The notes beneath the pieces are model-generated. The model saw only the letters and a program-made list of their open reading frames with translations. It was not told where the DNA came from and made no database searches. A stretch of DNA of 64,000 bases. Origin: Planctomycetota bacterium. GTDB taxonomy: Bacteria; Planctomycetota; MHYJ01; WSZJ01. This document shows, one piece after another, positions 39,184 to 49,376 of the stretch. The position numbers were made by a program, and so were the translations under genes. The number at the start of each line of letters is the position of its first letter. Position 1 is the first letter of the stretch. The stretch covers positions 32,001 through 96,000 of the forward strand of contig JBBTCT010000034.1 of assembly GCA_038060895.1 (NCBI GenBank), in the 5' to 3' direction.

Positions 39184-39205
39184 TGCGAGCGGGGATTCCA
39201 GGGGC

Positions 39206-39229
39206 AGGCCGACTTCCCGAAGCTCGACT
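39206..39229 (+). repeat. 24-bp copy of a segment near the PPIase gene 3' end
   Basis: aggccgacttcccgaagctcgact identical to 37303-37326. Confidence 0.85.
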
Positions 39230-39287
39230 TCCCTGCGGCGAAGGCTTGCTTCTTGATGGTGGCGCCGGGGGTTGGCGTTGGCGTGGT

Positions 39288-41702
39288 TCAGTCCTTCAGC
39301 AGTCGCAGCGCGCGGAGCGCCATTCCCGTGCCGTAGTGCCGCCCCACGCTCGGGCTGTCGCAGAACGCGCCGTCCTCGAGGACCGTTTTCAACAGGTCCT
39401 CCGCCAGGGCCTCCCGGTACTTCGCGCGTTCCTTTTCCGGCAACTCCCGCACCGCCTCCGCCGCGAACGCGTAACCGAAAATCAGGTAGTAGGAGGCCGT
39501 CCCCTCGGGGCCGGTGTGGCTGAGCCCCTTGCCCCGCTCCCTTCGAACGTGCTTGTGATGCTTCAGGTAGATCTCGAGCGCCGCGCGAATCCCTTCGACG
39601 TCGCCCTTTCTCGCCCGTTTCAGCGCGAAGGCGACCAGCGGGCTCCGAAGCGACGCTTCGGCCTCCCGCTCGTCTGCAGATCCGGCCATCTGCCGCCTGT
39701 AGGCGAACGCGCCCTGGGGGGTTCGAAGGGCGGCGAGGGTATCGGCGGCCTTGTCGACGAAGAATTTCGGGACTTCCGTGCCGGCGGATTTTGCTTCGTG
39801 AAGAGCGCACAGGACGGCGGCGGTGACGAACCCGATCGAGGCGTCCTCGCGGCTTTCGAGCTTGAGGTAAGACCAGCCTCCACCGGCGCGGCGGGATTTC
39901 CTGATGCCGGAGACCAGGTCGTTCATCCTTGCGAGGAGTTTTTCACGATTGCCGACTTTGGCCTGGACGCTGGCAGCGAAAAATCGGAGGGCAAAGCACT
40001 GGGCCCAGATCGTGTGGTCGAAAAGTCGCGCTTCGTCTGGTGTGAGGGTCGCCGCGAGCGTGAAGTCGAGCGCTTCGAGGATTGCGTCGTCGGCGCCGGC
40101 GGCGTCGCGGTGCGCGAGGAGAGATTCACCGCAGATGGCGGTGATGCCGACGGCGATCGCGCCCTGGGGGTCGATGAGGGACATCGGCGAGGGCCACGAG
40201 CCGTCGGGGAGCTGAGTCAGCAACAGGAAGCGCGCGCCGTCGCGCTCCGCCTGCGCCATGTCCGACGGTGCCTTCCGTCCCGGCTGCAGGCACGCCGCGA
40301 TCCGCCTTTCGTCCGGCCATTTCGCGTGGTCGAATGCCGACGCCGCGCTTTTTCCGCTCAGCATCGCGACTCCGCGCCACGCCCAGCGGTCGTCGGAGTG
40401 CGCGACGGCGAGGTCCTGCAGCTCCTTGCGGATCGGTTCAATCCCGAGCTGCATCCCGTGGGCCAGCGCCCGCCAGTAGCAGGACTCCGCATCGCCGCGG
40501 CCCGCGAGCAGCTTTCCCGCCTCCGCGAACTGCCCCATTCTCAGCCGGACGACCGCCTCCTTCGGGTCCACTCCCCGTATCCTGAATTTGCGGGCCTTCG
40601 CGATCGCCTGAAGCGCCTCATCGCCCTTGCGCAAGCGCCGCAAGAGATCGGCCTTGAGCAGGTATTCGTCGGCCGTCGAGGGCGAGGCCAGGAGTTCTGC
40701 GGCCCGGTCGAGCTCCCCGCGGCGCAACCATCCCTCAGCATCGATCGATTCTTCTGTCGGCGTCCCGGGATGCCGGCGCAGCACTTCGCGGGCGTGATCG
40801 TAAAAGTAGAACGGATCGAACGAGACGCCGCACGACACCACGCGGCCGTCGGGTTTCACGAAGAGCGTCCCCTGGCCGAACGTGCCCGGGCCCACGCCGT
40901 ACACCTTCGGCTTCTCGAACGGCGCGTTCATCCCGGGCATCCAGATGAGGCCGACGAAGCGCTCGTTCATCAGCTCGACGACATCGGTATCCATGAAGAG
41001 CGTCAAAGGCGCGCAGTGCTCGATATTGAGGCCGCGGTACTCCTCGAACACCACGACGACGAGCTTGTCTTCCTTCAACGCGCGATCCGCCGCTTCCTTC
41101 CACGACGACGCCCACGGGATTTCGCTCCCGCAATTCGCCGTCATCCTCTTCAGCAATGACCTCCATCCCCGCGCGGACAGGTCGGCGGACTCCAGGAACT
41201 GGAAGCTTGCGGCGATCCTCGCAAATTCCTGCATCGATTCCTTGAACGTCTCCTCGGGGCCGGAGAACTGGATGATGAAAATGGCGTCATGATGCACCAG
41301 GAAGTGCTGCCTCACCGTGTACGGCTTGCCGTTATTGTCGAGCGTGAAGGTCACCGCATGAACTTCTTCCCCGGCGATCTCCCCCACCCCTCTGTAAACT
41401 CCGGAATGCCCGGGCTGCCCCTCCTTCGCCGTCATCGCCGCATCCCGGGCGACGTACGGGTCCGTGATCCCGTTTTCGTCCGTGACGTAGACGATCACGC
41501 TGGTCTCGTCGCCCTCGCCGCCCCGCGCGACTTTTGCGGCGAAGCGCGTCCCGGAGATCGCCGGGACCTCCCCGATGCTCCACGAATCGTCCGGCCGCTC
41601 GATGCGGAAGCCTTCCTCCTTGCTTTCGAAGATGCCGCTATCCTCGGCGAAAGCGAGGGCGGGAAGCAGAAGGAGCAGGACCGGGACCACGACACGACGC
41701 AT
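39288..41702 (-). CDS. Secreted multidomain protein: thioredoxin-like, TPR and prenyltransferase/squalene-cyclase-type repeats
   Basis: Signal peptide; IPWASSWKEAADRA...LMNERFV; FLLLTQLPDGSW, GGGWSY, QGAFAY, EDGAF repeats. Confidence 0.75.
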   Translation of the reverse strand: MRRVVVPVLLLLLPALAFAEDSGIFESKEEGFRIERPDDSWSIGEVPAISGTRFAAKVARGGEGDETSVIVYVTDENGITDPYVARDAAMTAKEGQPGHSGVYRGVGEIAGEEVHAVTFTLDNNGKPYTVRQHFLVHHDAIFIIQFSGPEETFKESMQEFARIAASFQFLESADLSARGWRSLLKRMTANCGSEIPWASSWKEAADRALKEDKLVVVVFEEYRGLNIEHCAPLTLFMDTDVVELMNERFVGLIWMPGMNAPFEKPKVYGVGPGTFGQGTLFVKPDGRVVSCGVSFDPFYFYDHAREVLRRHPGTPTEESIDAEGWLRRGELDRAAELLASPSTADEYLLKADLLRRLRKGDEALQAIAKARKFRIRGVDPKEAVVRLRMGQFAEAGKLLAGRGDAESCYWRALAHGMQLGIEPIRKELQDLAVAHSDDRWAWRGVAMLSGKSAASAFDHAKWPDERRIAACLQPGRKAPSDMAQAERDGARFLLLTQLPDGSWPSPMSLIDPQGAIAVGITAICGESLLAHRDAAGADDAILEALDFTLAATLTPDEARLFDHTIWAQCFALRFFAASVQAKVGNREKLLARMNDLVSGIRKSRRAGGGWSYLKLESREDASIGFVTAAVLCALHEAKSAGTEVPKFFVDKAADTLAALRTPQGAFAYRRQMAGSADEREAEASLRSPLVAFALKRARKGDVEGIRAALEIYLKHHKHVRRERGKGLSHTGPEGTASYYLIFGYAFAAEAVRELPEKERAKYREALAEDLLKTVLEDGAFCDSPSVGRHYGTGMALRALRLLKD

Positions 41703-41727
41703 GAGAATTATCCTCCGGCTTCATCAT

Positions 41728-41769
41728 AGCCTGCTCGAAACGGGGAAACCGCTGGAGCTTTCCGAGCAG
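41728..41769 (+). repeat. 42-bp degenerate copy of the SRPBCC gene 3' end
   Basis: agcctgctcgaaacggggaaaccgctggagctttccgagcag vs 49254-49295 agcctgctcgaaacggggaggccgctggagcttgccgagtag. Confidence 0.85.
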
Positions 41770-41819
41770 GGTCGGGAGTGTGGGCCGCGGCGAACGGCAG
41801 CAGGGAGGCGTCCGGCCCA

Positions 41820-42662
41820 TCAGTCCTGGAATTGCTCCCACGACCCGGAAAACGCGACGACATTCTCGAGCCGACGGCCCACGCAATGACTCTCCAGGTG
41901 CTCGCAGCAGTTCCAGGCCATCGCGCGGTCGGCACACTCCACTCTCGCCACGGCCTTGTCAGCGCGGTCGAGTTCAACAGCGATCGCTGTTTCCTCGTGC
42001 CGGAATCCCTTCGCCGCATCGTGCGCGGAATCCGGCGGGCAGGTCCACTGGAGCAGCTTCCGGCGCGTGAGCCGGTCTCCCCGCATTTCCCGGGCGGTCC
42101 ACGTCTGCACGAACATAGACAGTTCGTGCGGACCCATCTCATGAAGCCGCGGCGCCAGTGCCGCGGCGAGTCTCTCAGCGAGCTCGTCGGCGACCAGCAG
42201 GATCTCATAGGGGTCCTTGCTGCCCGCGAAGGTAACGGCCACCTGGCGGCCCTTCTGCGAGATCTCGAGGCCGGGGCCGTACATCTGGTTCGAGGAGGTC
42301 GAGCGCTCGAGGATGCCTTCGAAGCCGGCGCCGGTCCGCGGTCCCCAGACGGCCTCGATGCCCGCGACCGGATCCTCCAGCCCGTTCCACCAGGCTCTCA
42401 ACGACTGCACCGCGGCGTCGCTGGATCCGCTCACGGGAAGCAGCTTTGCCGTCGTCGGATCCAGCCTCTGCGCCCGCGGGTGGAGGCCGAGCAGGGGCTT
42501 CCAGGGACCGAACCCGCCGGGATAGGCGGCGGGACGCGCGATGCGTGGCGGACCGCCGGATCCGCTGATGTCTTCCCGCCGCACCTGCGGCCTCCGGACC
42601 TCGCGGCGAAGCGTCATCGCCAGGTCGTGCGCCTCTCGCGGGATGTCCGGCGGCTCTGGCAT
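41820..42662 (-). CDS. Hypothetical protein
   Basis: Long ORF, GAGG RBS before ATG at 42662. Confidence 0.55.
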   Translation of the reverse strand: MPEPPDIPREAHDLAMTLRREVRRPQVRREDISGSGGPPRIARPAAYPGGFGPWKPLLGLHPRAQRLDPTTAKLLPVSGSSDAAVQSLRAWWNGLEDPVAGIEAVWGPRTGAGFEGILERSTSSNQMYGPGLEISQKGRQVAVTFAGSKDPYEILLVADELAERLAAALAPRLHEMGPHELSMFVQTWTAREMRGDRLTRRKLLQWTCPPDSAHDAAKGFRHEETAIAVELDRADKAVARVECADRAMAWNCCEHLESHCVGRRLENVVAFSGSWEQFQD

Positions 42663-42949
42663 GGTCGAGTTCCTCAGGTCCGCACCCGGTCGCGGTGCGT
42701 GGAGTCTAGGGCGCGGCCGGGCTTTCGAAAGAAGTACCATCGGAGGATCGCGGAACAACTGCGGAGGCCCCATTGCCGGTAATCCTCGAGGACTCGGACG
42801 CGCCGCCGCGATTTAAGGACCTCGTGCGGGCGGGGCTGGCGGGCGGTCCCGCTTCCCGTAGGAGTCATCCGCCTCTAACCTCTCCCTGACGCGGTCGACA
42901 GTCGCCGCGATGACGGCTTCTTCTGGCAGAAACAGCCGCGGGGGAATCG

Positions 42950-43687
42950 ATGGGAAGCGGCCAACCGGCCGGTGACGGACGCGCGGGAGTCGAGCGGTGC
43001 CTGTTGACAACAGGCCTTGTGGCGCTGTTCTCGGCGGGCTATCTCTGCGCCGGATTGACGGCGGATCCCGCCCGGGCCCGCGATCTGATGACCGCCCTGG
43101 ATACGCGGGTTCCGTTTCTGCCCGGGTCCATCTGGATCTACCTCTGGGTGTTTCCAGCGGCGTTCGCGCCGCTGTTCGTGGTCCGCTCGCGGAAGCTGTT
43201 TCGCAAGGTCGTCGTCGCCTACGCGATCGTGATGCTGGTCTCCTTCCTGTGCTTCGCCCTCTTCCCGGTCACTTCGTCGCAACTCCGGGTCGCCGCGGGG
43301 GGACTGGACGAGGCGCGTTTCTCCCAGTGGGCCGTGGCGGTGCTCTATCGGATCGATCCACCGTTCAACCTGTTTCCGTCTCTTCACCTCTCGATCGCCG
43401 CGCTCGCGGCGCTGGCCTGCTGGAAAGCGGACCGGCGCATCGGTGGCTGCATGGCCCTGGGCGTGGCGCTGGTCGGCGTATCGACCTGCACGGTCAAGCA
43501 GCACTTCCTGCTCGACGGGATCGGCGGGCTGGCGCTGGCCGGCCTGGTCTTCGCCTTCACGTTCCGGAAGTTTCAACCCGCGCCGCTGGAGCGCGTCGCC
43601 TTTAACACGCGCGGGCCCGCCGCCTACGTCCTCTTCCTCGCGCTCACGTACGTCGGCTTCTACCTCGCGTTCCGCTTCGCCCGCTGA
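42950..43687 (+). CDS. PAP2-superfamily membrane protein (inositol-phosphorylceramide-synthase-like)
   Basis: NLFPSLH and STCTVKQHFLLDG motifs, multiple TM helices. Confidence 0.8.
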   Translation: MGSGQPAGDGRAGVERCLLTTGLVALFSAGYLCAGLTADPARARDLMTALDTRVPFLPGSIWIYLWVFPAAFAPLFVVRSRKLFRKVVVAYAIVMLVSFLCFALFPVTSSQLRVAAGGLDEARFSQWAVAVLYRIDPPFNLFPSLHLSIAALAALACWKADRRIGGCMALGVALVGVSTCTVKQHFLLDGIGGLALAGLVFAFTFRKFQPAPLERVAFNTRGPAAYVLFLALTYVGFYLAFRFAR

Positions 43688-46600
43688 GGCGCCCCGGCGC
43701 CCCCTGTGGCCGCGGGCCGGGCGCGTTCGGGGATGATCCCTTCCCTGAGCATGTACTGCACCAGCCAGGAAACCGTCTGGTCGAGGCTGGGATCGGGCCG
43801 CGCCTTTCCGGTCGTGGCCCGCGCGCGGCGGTACTCCTCGTTGCTGTAGCGCTTGTGCTGCATCGCCGCGACCTTGTCCTGCGCTGCGTTGAAGAAATCC
43901 ACCAGGGGGTAGAGCAGGTCTTCGCGGGTGCAGCGCCGGTTCATCTGTTCGACGAATTCCGGGATCTCGTAGTAAGTGAAGGGATAGCCGTAGTCGCGCG
44001 TGATCGTGCGCGTGACGTCCATCATGTTGTAGTAGTCGTCCACCGTAACGTGGAACGTCTCGGCCCGGGTCTCTCGCTGGCTGAAAATCGCCGCGATGTT
44101 GTGCGCCGCGATGTCCACTGGCAGGAAGCTGATCTGGTTCCTGGCGTTGACCGCAACGCCGTGCTGGATCATGAACGAGAGCAGCCTGATCGAAATGTCG
44201 TCGCGGCCGCCGATGCCGTCCGCCGAGGCCGAGATCAGCGAGGGGCGGTAGACCCGGATCTTGAGCCCCTGCTTCCCGGCCGCGTAGACCAGCTGTTCGG
44301 CCACCCACTTGCTCTGCGAGTATCCGAAGTCGAGGTTCATCATCTCGAGGTTGTGGTCGGTTTCGAGAAGCGTCTTCTTTGAGGTCCAGCCGTGGATGAA
44401 CGTGCTCGAGACCAGGTGGAACTCCTTCGGGACGCCGGTGGCGGCGAAGCGCAGCAGCTCGCGCGTTCCATCGACGTTGTGGGGCCGCAGGGCGTCGTAG
44501 TTGAGGACATAGTTCACGAGCGCTGCGTTGTGACAGACCGCCTGCACCTGGGTGGTAAGCGCCTTCCACTGCTCCGAAGGCAGGCCGAGATTGTGGCGGG
44601 AGATGTCGCCACAGAGGATTCGCACCCGCCGCCCGAGCTGGTCCTCGACCGCCTGCGTCCAGAGGTTCGCGCGGCGCAGCACCGCACGGATCCGGTCGAG
44701 GCCGTGGACCGGGTCGGTGGCGCGCGTCAGGATGGAGTAAGTGTAGGGCGTCGCTTCCAGCAGGCTCTTGAGCAGGAAGGGGCCGAAGAAGCCGCTGGCG
44801 CCGGTCAGCAGCACGTTTGAGATCGCGGCGGGGCTTGCCGGGAGTTCGAGGCGGGGCAGGTCCAGCAGGGCGTCCGACTTCATGCAGTCGCGCTCGTAGT
44901 CCTCGTGCTCGGCCTGGTCCCTCCGCAGCATTTCCTTGAGCGCGTCCAGCGGCTCGGAGGACGACTTCTCGAACCGGTCGAGCAGGGAGAAGAACCCGGC
45001 GACGGTCAGGCGCTGCAGCAGCCGCACGTCGACCTCGTTGACCAGCGACCCGGCGCCGTGCTCCTGGAGAAGCTGCCGGATGTCCTCGAGCAGCTCCACC
45101 AGCGTTAACGAGTCGATGCCGATCTCCGCGAACGTGATCTCCTCGCGGCCCGTGAGGTTGTAGAGCTCGAGCAGGTACCGGAATCGCCCGCGCAGCCCGC
45201 CGGCCTCGGCGCCCGGCTCGGGTCGCTGCTTTGAAGTAAAGCTCGCGATCACCGGCATTTCGCCGGCCAGCCATCTCTCGCGATTGCGGCTTCGCGCCAG
45301 CTTTCCCGAGGTCGTCCTGGAAATCGTCCCGTGCGGGACGAAGACGAGCGTTCCCGGTTCCACGTAATACTGCGTCCGGATCGCGCGCATGACCTCCGCG
45401 GGATCCGGCTGCTCGGCGGCGCTGCGGATCTCCGCGATCACGACGAGCGCTTCAGTGCCGTCATCGACATCGAACGCGACCACGCCGTTCTTCCGGATCT
45501 TCGGCGAGCAGGCCTCGACGATCGCTTCAATGTCCTGCGGGTAGTAGTTGACCCCGTGAATGATGACGAGGTCCTTGATCCGCCCGCAGACGAACAGCTC
45601 CCCCTCGTGGGAAAAACCCAGGTCGCCGGAACGAAGGTAAGCACTCCTGTTTCCTGGCCGGTTGCTGACGGTTCCCCCGAAAACCTCCCGGCTCAGCTCC
45701 GGGCGATTCCAGTAGCCCGCCGAGCGGCTGGGCCCGGCGATCCAGATCTCGCCGATCTGCCCTTCGCCGAGCGAAGCGCGGGTGTCCGGGTTGACGATCT
45801 GCACGTCGACCCCGCTGACCGGCCGGCCGCAACTGACGAGCTGCACCTGGTTGTTGTTGCGCGGCGGGCCGTTCTCGAGATGAAGCGAGCGCTTCTGGAG
45901 CAGGGCCTTGTTCACGGTCACAACCCGCCGGCCGTGATTGGACACGGCCAGGGTGTTCTCAGCCAGCCCGTAGGCCACGACGTAAGCCTCGGGTCGCAAT
46001 CCATACGGCGAGAAGCGCTTCAGGAACCGGGAGAACGTCCCGGGTCGGACCGGCTCCGCCGCGTTCATCATCACGCGCACCGAGCCCAGGTCGATGCCCT
46101 CGAGCTGCCCGGACGGCAGCTTGTCCTCGCGCAGGCAGTACTCGTAGCCGAAGTTGGGTGCCGAGGCGCACGTCGCCTTGAAGCGGCTGATCATCTGCAA
46201 CCAGAGCGCCGGCCGCTTCAGGAAGCTCTGTGGCGAAATGCCGTACGTCATCCCGCCGGCAAGGATCGGAAACAGGTAGTACCCAATCAGCCCCATGTCG
46301 TGGTACTGCGGCAGCCACGACACGCCGATCGGGACGTGATCAATCATGCTTCCGCAGTTGTGGATGACGTTTTCGTGCGAGACGATCACGCCCTTCGGCT
46401 CGCTGGTCGAGCCGGAGGTATATTGCAGGAAGAGCGTGGGACCAGGGTCGTTGTCGAAGCCTGCCGGCGCGAGCCCCCGCACGTCGTCGGTCGCGACCCA
46501 CTCGAGTTTGGGCAGTCCCGGCCCGGTCCCCCAGGGTGACATGATCCCGCGCTTGTCCATCAGAGGCTGGTACGAGCGCAGGAACCGGCGAGTCGTGAGC

Positions 46601-47082
46601 GCGACAGCCGCCGCGCAGTCGTGCGCGATGAACGCCAGCTTGGACATTCCCGCCTCAAAATTCATCGGTGTCGGCGGGTAGACGGGGACGGGAATCACGC
46701 CGATGCGCGCGCAGGCGAAGAACGCCACGATCAACTCGAGCCCCGGCGGGTAAACGAGCAGCGCGCGATCCCCGCGCTTCAGACCGAATTCGCCGGCCAG
46801 GTTTGCAGCCAGATGACGGGTGCGCTCGTGGAAGGCGAGATACGAGTAGCGATCGCGCTCGTTGCCGTCCTGGTCGAGGAAGCTGAAGAGCAACCTGTCG
46901 GGTTGCAGCGCAACCCAGTGCTCAAGATAGTCGATGACCGAAACCGATGGCGCGGCGGCCCTGGCGGCCGGCGTAGGAAGAGACGAAAGTGGCACGAGAA
47001 GGCGGACCTCCGTAGTTTCCCGTCCCTGGTGGATCCAGGCGAATCGTCCACCGGCTGCCCGGACCTGACGGCTTGGGCTCAA
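43660..47082 (-). CDS. Fatty acyl-AMP ligase - ACP - thioester reductase fusion
   Basis: FLQYTSGSTSEPKG, SWLPQYHDMGLIG, YGLAENT, RSGDLGF; GIDSL Ppant site; LLTGASGFFG, NVDGT, YSQSK; start uncertain. Confidence 0.9.
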   Translation of the reverse strand: MSPSRQVRAAGGRFAWIHQGRETTEVRLLVPLSSLPTPAARAAAPSVSVIDYLEHWVALQPDRLLFSFLDQDGNERDRYSYLAFHERTRHLAANLAGEFGLKRGDRALLVYPPGLELIVAFFACARIGVIPVPVYPPTPMNFEAGMSKLAFIAHDCAAAVALTTRRFLRSYQPLMDKRGIMSPWGTGPGLPKLEWVATDDVRGLAPAGFDNDPGPTLFLQYTSGSTSEPKGVIVSHENVIHNCGSMIDHVPIGVSWLPQYHDMGLIGYYLFPILAGGMTYGISPQSFLKRPALWLQMISRFKATCASAPNFGYEYCLREDKLPSGQLEGIDLGSVRVMMNAAEPVRPGTFSRFLKRFSPYGLRPEAYVVAYGLAENTLAVSNHGRRVVTVNKALLQKRSLHLENGPPRNNNQVQLVSCGRPVSGVDVQIVNPDTRASLGEGQIGEIWIAGPSRSAGYWNRPELSREVFGGTVSNRPGNRSAYLRSGDLGFSHEGELFVCGRIKDLVIIHGVNYYPQDIEAIVEACSPKIRKNGVVAFDVDDGTEALVVIAEIRSAAEQPDPAEVMRAIRTQYYVEPGTLVFVPHGTISRTTSGKLARSRNRERWLAGEMPVIASFTSKQRPEPGAEAGGLRGRFRYLLELYNLTGREEITFAEIGIDSLTLVELLEDIRQLLQEHGAGSLVNEVDVRLLQRLTVAGFFSLLDRFEKSSSEPLDALKEMLRRDQAEHEDYERDCMKSDALLDLPRLELPASPAAISNVLLTGASGFFGPFLLKSLLEATPYTYSILTRATDPVHGLDRIRAVLRRANLWTQAVEDQLGRRVRILCGDISRHNLGLPSEQWKALTTQVQAVCHNAALVNYVLNYDALRPHNVDGTRELLRFAATGVPKEFHLVSSTFIHGWTSKKTLLETDHNLEMMNLDFGYSQSKWVAEQLVYAAGKQGLKIRVYRPSLISASADGIGGRDDISIRLLSFMIQHGVAVNARNQISFLPVDIAAHNIAAIFSQRETRAETFHVTVDDYYNMMDVTRTITRDYGYPFTYYEIPEFVEQMNRRCTREDLLYPLVDFFNAAQDKVAAMQHKRYSNEEYRRARATTGKARPDPSLDQTVSWLVQYMLREGIIPERARPAATGGAGAPQRAKRNAR

Positions 47083-47588
47083 TCCCCGGGTTTTGGCCCC
47101 GGCCCATCTCGTGGGAGCGGAACGACGGCATGACGATACCGCGGGGTTTCGCCGGGGGAACTAATGATTTCGTCCTGCCAACCGTCCGTGGCCTCAACGG
47201 CTGAAGAAACTCTGCGTCGCGGCGATTTTCGGAAGCCACGCGGCGCACGCGGGCGGCAAAGGACACGCGTCCGGCGGCACGCTCCGGAGCAACTGAGTCT
47301 TCAGGGGCTCCGCGGCGGCGCGCTCCGGCGATCCCCCTCCCAGGTCGGCCACGAGCCGAGCCAGGAGGGCGATATGCGGCGGGCGGTCGACATCAGCGAG
47401 GAAGAGGCGGTTGCCGAGAGGGCGTTCAAGATGGTGTGCCGGGCGACGATGACTGCGGTACTGTTTGCTCGCCGACGCTCCGACGCTCGCCGCCAGCCAT
47501 GCGCCCTGACAAGTTCACAATTCTCTGAAACGCCCGCGCGACTCGCCTGATCCATCCGGTAGTGACCACAACTACACTGGGCGCCCCC

Positions 47589-48305
47589 ATGACACCGCAA
47601 ACCGCCGCTTCCGTCCTCGGCGTGACAGGCGCAGAGGACGCCGCCCGGATCCAGTCGATCTACGAAGCCCAGGCGGCGGCGCTGGACTCGCGGATCGCGC
47701 AGTCCGATGGGGAGGCGCGGGCGCGATACCAGAAGGACCGAGAGGAAGTCGAGTTGGCGCGGCTGGCGCTCCTGGGCTCCGTCGCCCGGCCGACTTCGGC
47801 CCCGCCAGAAGCGGCCAGCCCGGGGCCGTCTCGAGTGCCCGCAAAGCCCGGCCAGGAGTCTTTCTACGAGGTCCTCATTCCACTCCTCGGCGTCATCCTC
47901 TTCGCGGTTCCCAGTGCCATCACGGGCTACTTCCGCCCGGGACATCACCTGTCGCCGGCGGAGATGGCCCTGAGCATGGCCTGGGCCGGCCCGCTCTGGC
48001 TGCTGCTCGGGTTTGCCGGCGTGGCAGTCGTCCACTATCCGTGCAAGGCGTTGTTCGGGAAGTCGCCCGGCGTGATCGCGATGGTCGCGTATGTGCTTGG
48101 CAGCTGGCTGATGTGCCGTCACGGTGATCCGTCCCAGTCGACGACGGACTTATTCGTCGAGATCAGCGTGACGGCATGCATGTGGATGGCGCTGGGGGTC
48201 ACCGTTCTCGCCGTCGCCCTCTCTGCGTTCGGTTTCCTCGACAGCAAACCGCCGCCAAACGAGAGCGGCTCGAACCACTCCCCCGGGCGAGGAGAGAAGT
48301 CGTGA
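47589..48305 (+). CDS. Membrane protein with degenerate J-domain-like N-terminus
   Basis: AASVLGVTGAEDAARIQSIY then four TM helices. Confidence 0.6.
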   Translation: MTPQTAASVLGVTGAEDAARIQSIYEAQAAALDSRIAQSDGEARARYQKDREEVELARLALLGSVARPTSAPPEAASPGPSRVPAKPGQESFYEVLIPLLGVILFAVPSAITGYFRPGHHLSPAEMALSMAWAGPLWLLLGFAGVAVVHYPCKALFGKSPGVIAMVAYVLGSWLMCRHGDPSQSTTDLFVEISVTACMWMALGVTVLAVALSAFGFLDSKPPPNESGSNHSPGRGEKS

Positions 48306-48506
48306 CCCTTCCCAGACCCACCGAGCGGACACGGGCTTGGGCTGTGGGATCTGGGAGAGTTGGTGAACCTGGGCGACTTCAAGGCCAGCGACCTCTACAG
48401 GAACTCGCTGAAGGACCATCCGAAGGAACGCTGACTCCGCGTCATCCCGTCGAGCGAAGCGCCTTCAGCGCGCGGATGCTTCGACTCGTCCGCCTCCGGA
48501 TTTCCG

Positions 48507-48534
48507 TTGACATGCAACCAATTGGTTGCATGAT
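48507..48534 (+). promoter_or_regulatory. Promoter with 22-bp perfect palindromic operator for the ArsR regulator
   Basis: TTGACA-16 nt-CATGAT overlapping CATGCAACCAATTGGTTGCATG (48511-48532). Confidence 0.85.
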
Positions 48535-48540
48535 CGGGGC

Positions 48541-48864
48541 GTGCCGCAACTCGACCATGACCGGGTGTTCGCCGCCCTCGCCGGCCGCAGCCGCCGGCGC
48601 CTTCTCGACCGCCTCTTCGCCGGTGACGGCCTGACCCTCGGCGCCCTGTGCCGGCGCCGCGGCATGTCCCGCCAGGCCGTCTCCAAGCACCTCGCGATCC
48701 TGGAGCGGGCCGGACTCGTGGTCGCCCACTGGCAGGGCCGCGAAAAACTCCACTACCTCAACCCCGTTCCCCTCCACGAAATCCACACCCGCTGGATCGC
48801 CAAGTTCCAGGCCCCGCGCCTGGAAGCGCTTCAAGGGCTCAAAACCGCACTCGAAAGGAAATGA
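48541..48864 (+). CDS. ArsR/SmtB family transcriptional regulator
   Basis: VFAALA...RRRLLDRL...MSRQAVSKHLAILERAGLV...GREKLHYLN. Confidence 0.9.
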   Translation: MPQLDHDRVFAALAGRSRRRLLDRLFAGDGLTLGALCRRRGMSRQAVSKHLAILERAGLVVAHWQGREKLHYLNPVPLHEIHTRWIAKFQAPRLEALQGLKTALERK

Positions 48865-49295
48865 CCGTCATGGAGAAACCGACCTTCGTCTACCGCATCG
48901 ACATCGCCACGACCCCCGAGCGGCTGTGGGAAGCCCTGACCTCCGGCGATTTCCTGGCGAAGTACTGGTACGGGCGGCGCTTCCGCACTGACTGGAAAGT
49001 CGGCTCCCCGATGCAGACCCTCACGCCGGAGGGCGGCGTCGACTGGGACGGCCAGGTGCTGGCGTACGACCCGCCCCGCCTCCTCTCGTACACGTTCCAG
49101 ATCGTCGGTTTCCAGAAGCGCTCCTCCCGGGTCGAATTCGAGCTCGCGCCGAGAGGCAAGGTCGTCCGGCTGACGCTTCGGCACTACGACATCGAGGAGC
49201 GCTGCGTGGAGGGCATCAGCGACGCCTGGCCGGCGTTCTGCTCGACCGTGAAAAGCCTGCTCGAAACGGGGAGGCCGCTGGAGCTTGCCGAGTAG
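48861..49295 (+). CDS. SRPBCC/AHSA1-like protein
   Basis: YRIDIATTPERLWEALT...DPPRLLSYTF...SRVEFEL...VKSLLETG; typical ArsR-SRPBCC pair. Confidence 0.9.
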   Translation: MTVMEKPTFVYRIDIATTPERLWEALTSGDFLAKYWYGRRFRTDWKVGSPMQTLTPEGGVDWDGQVLAYDPPRLLSYTFQIVGFQKRSSRVEFELAPRGKVVRLTLRHYDIEERCVEGISDAWPAFCSTVKSLLETGRPLELAE

Positions 49296-49376
49296 AGCCG
49301 GTCCTGAGGGCAGGATCGAGATCGCGGTGGCTGAATTTCTTCTGGTGCGATCGCGTGAACCCGCTAGCGTGCCCAT

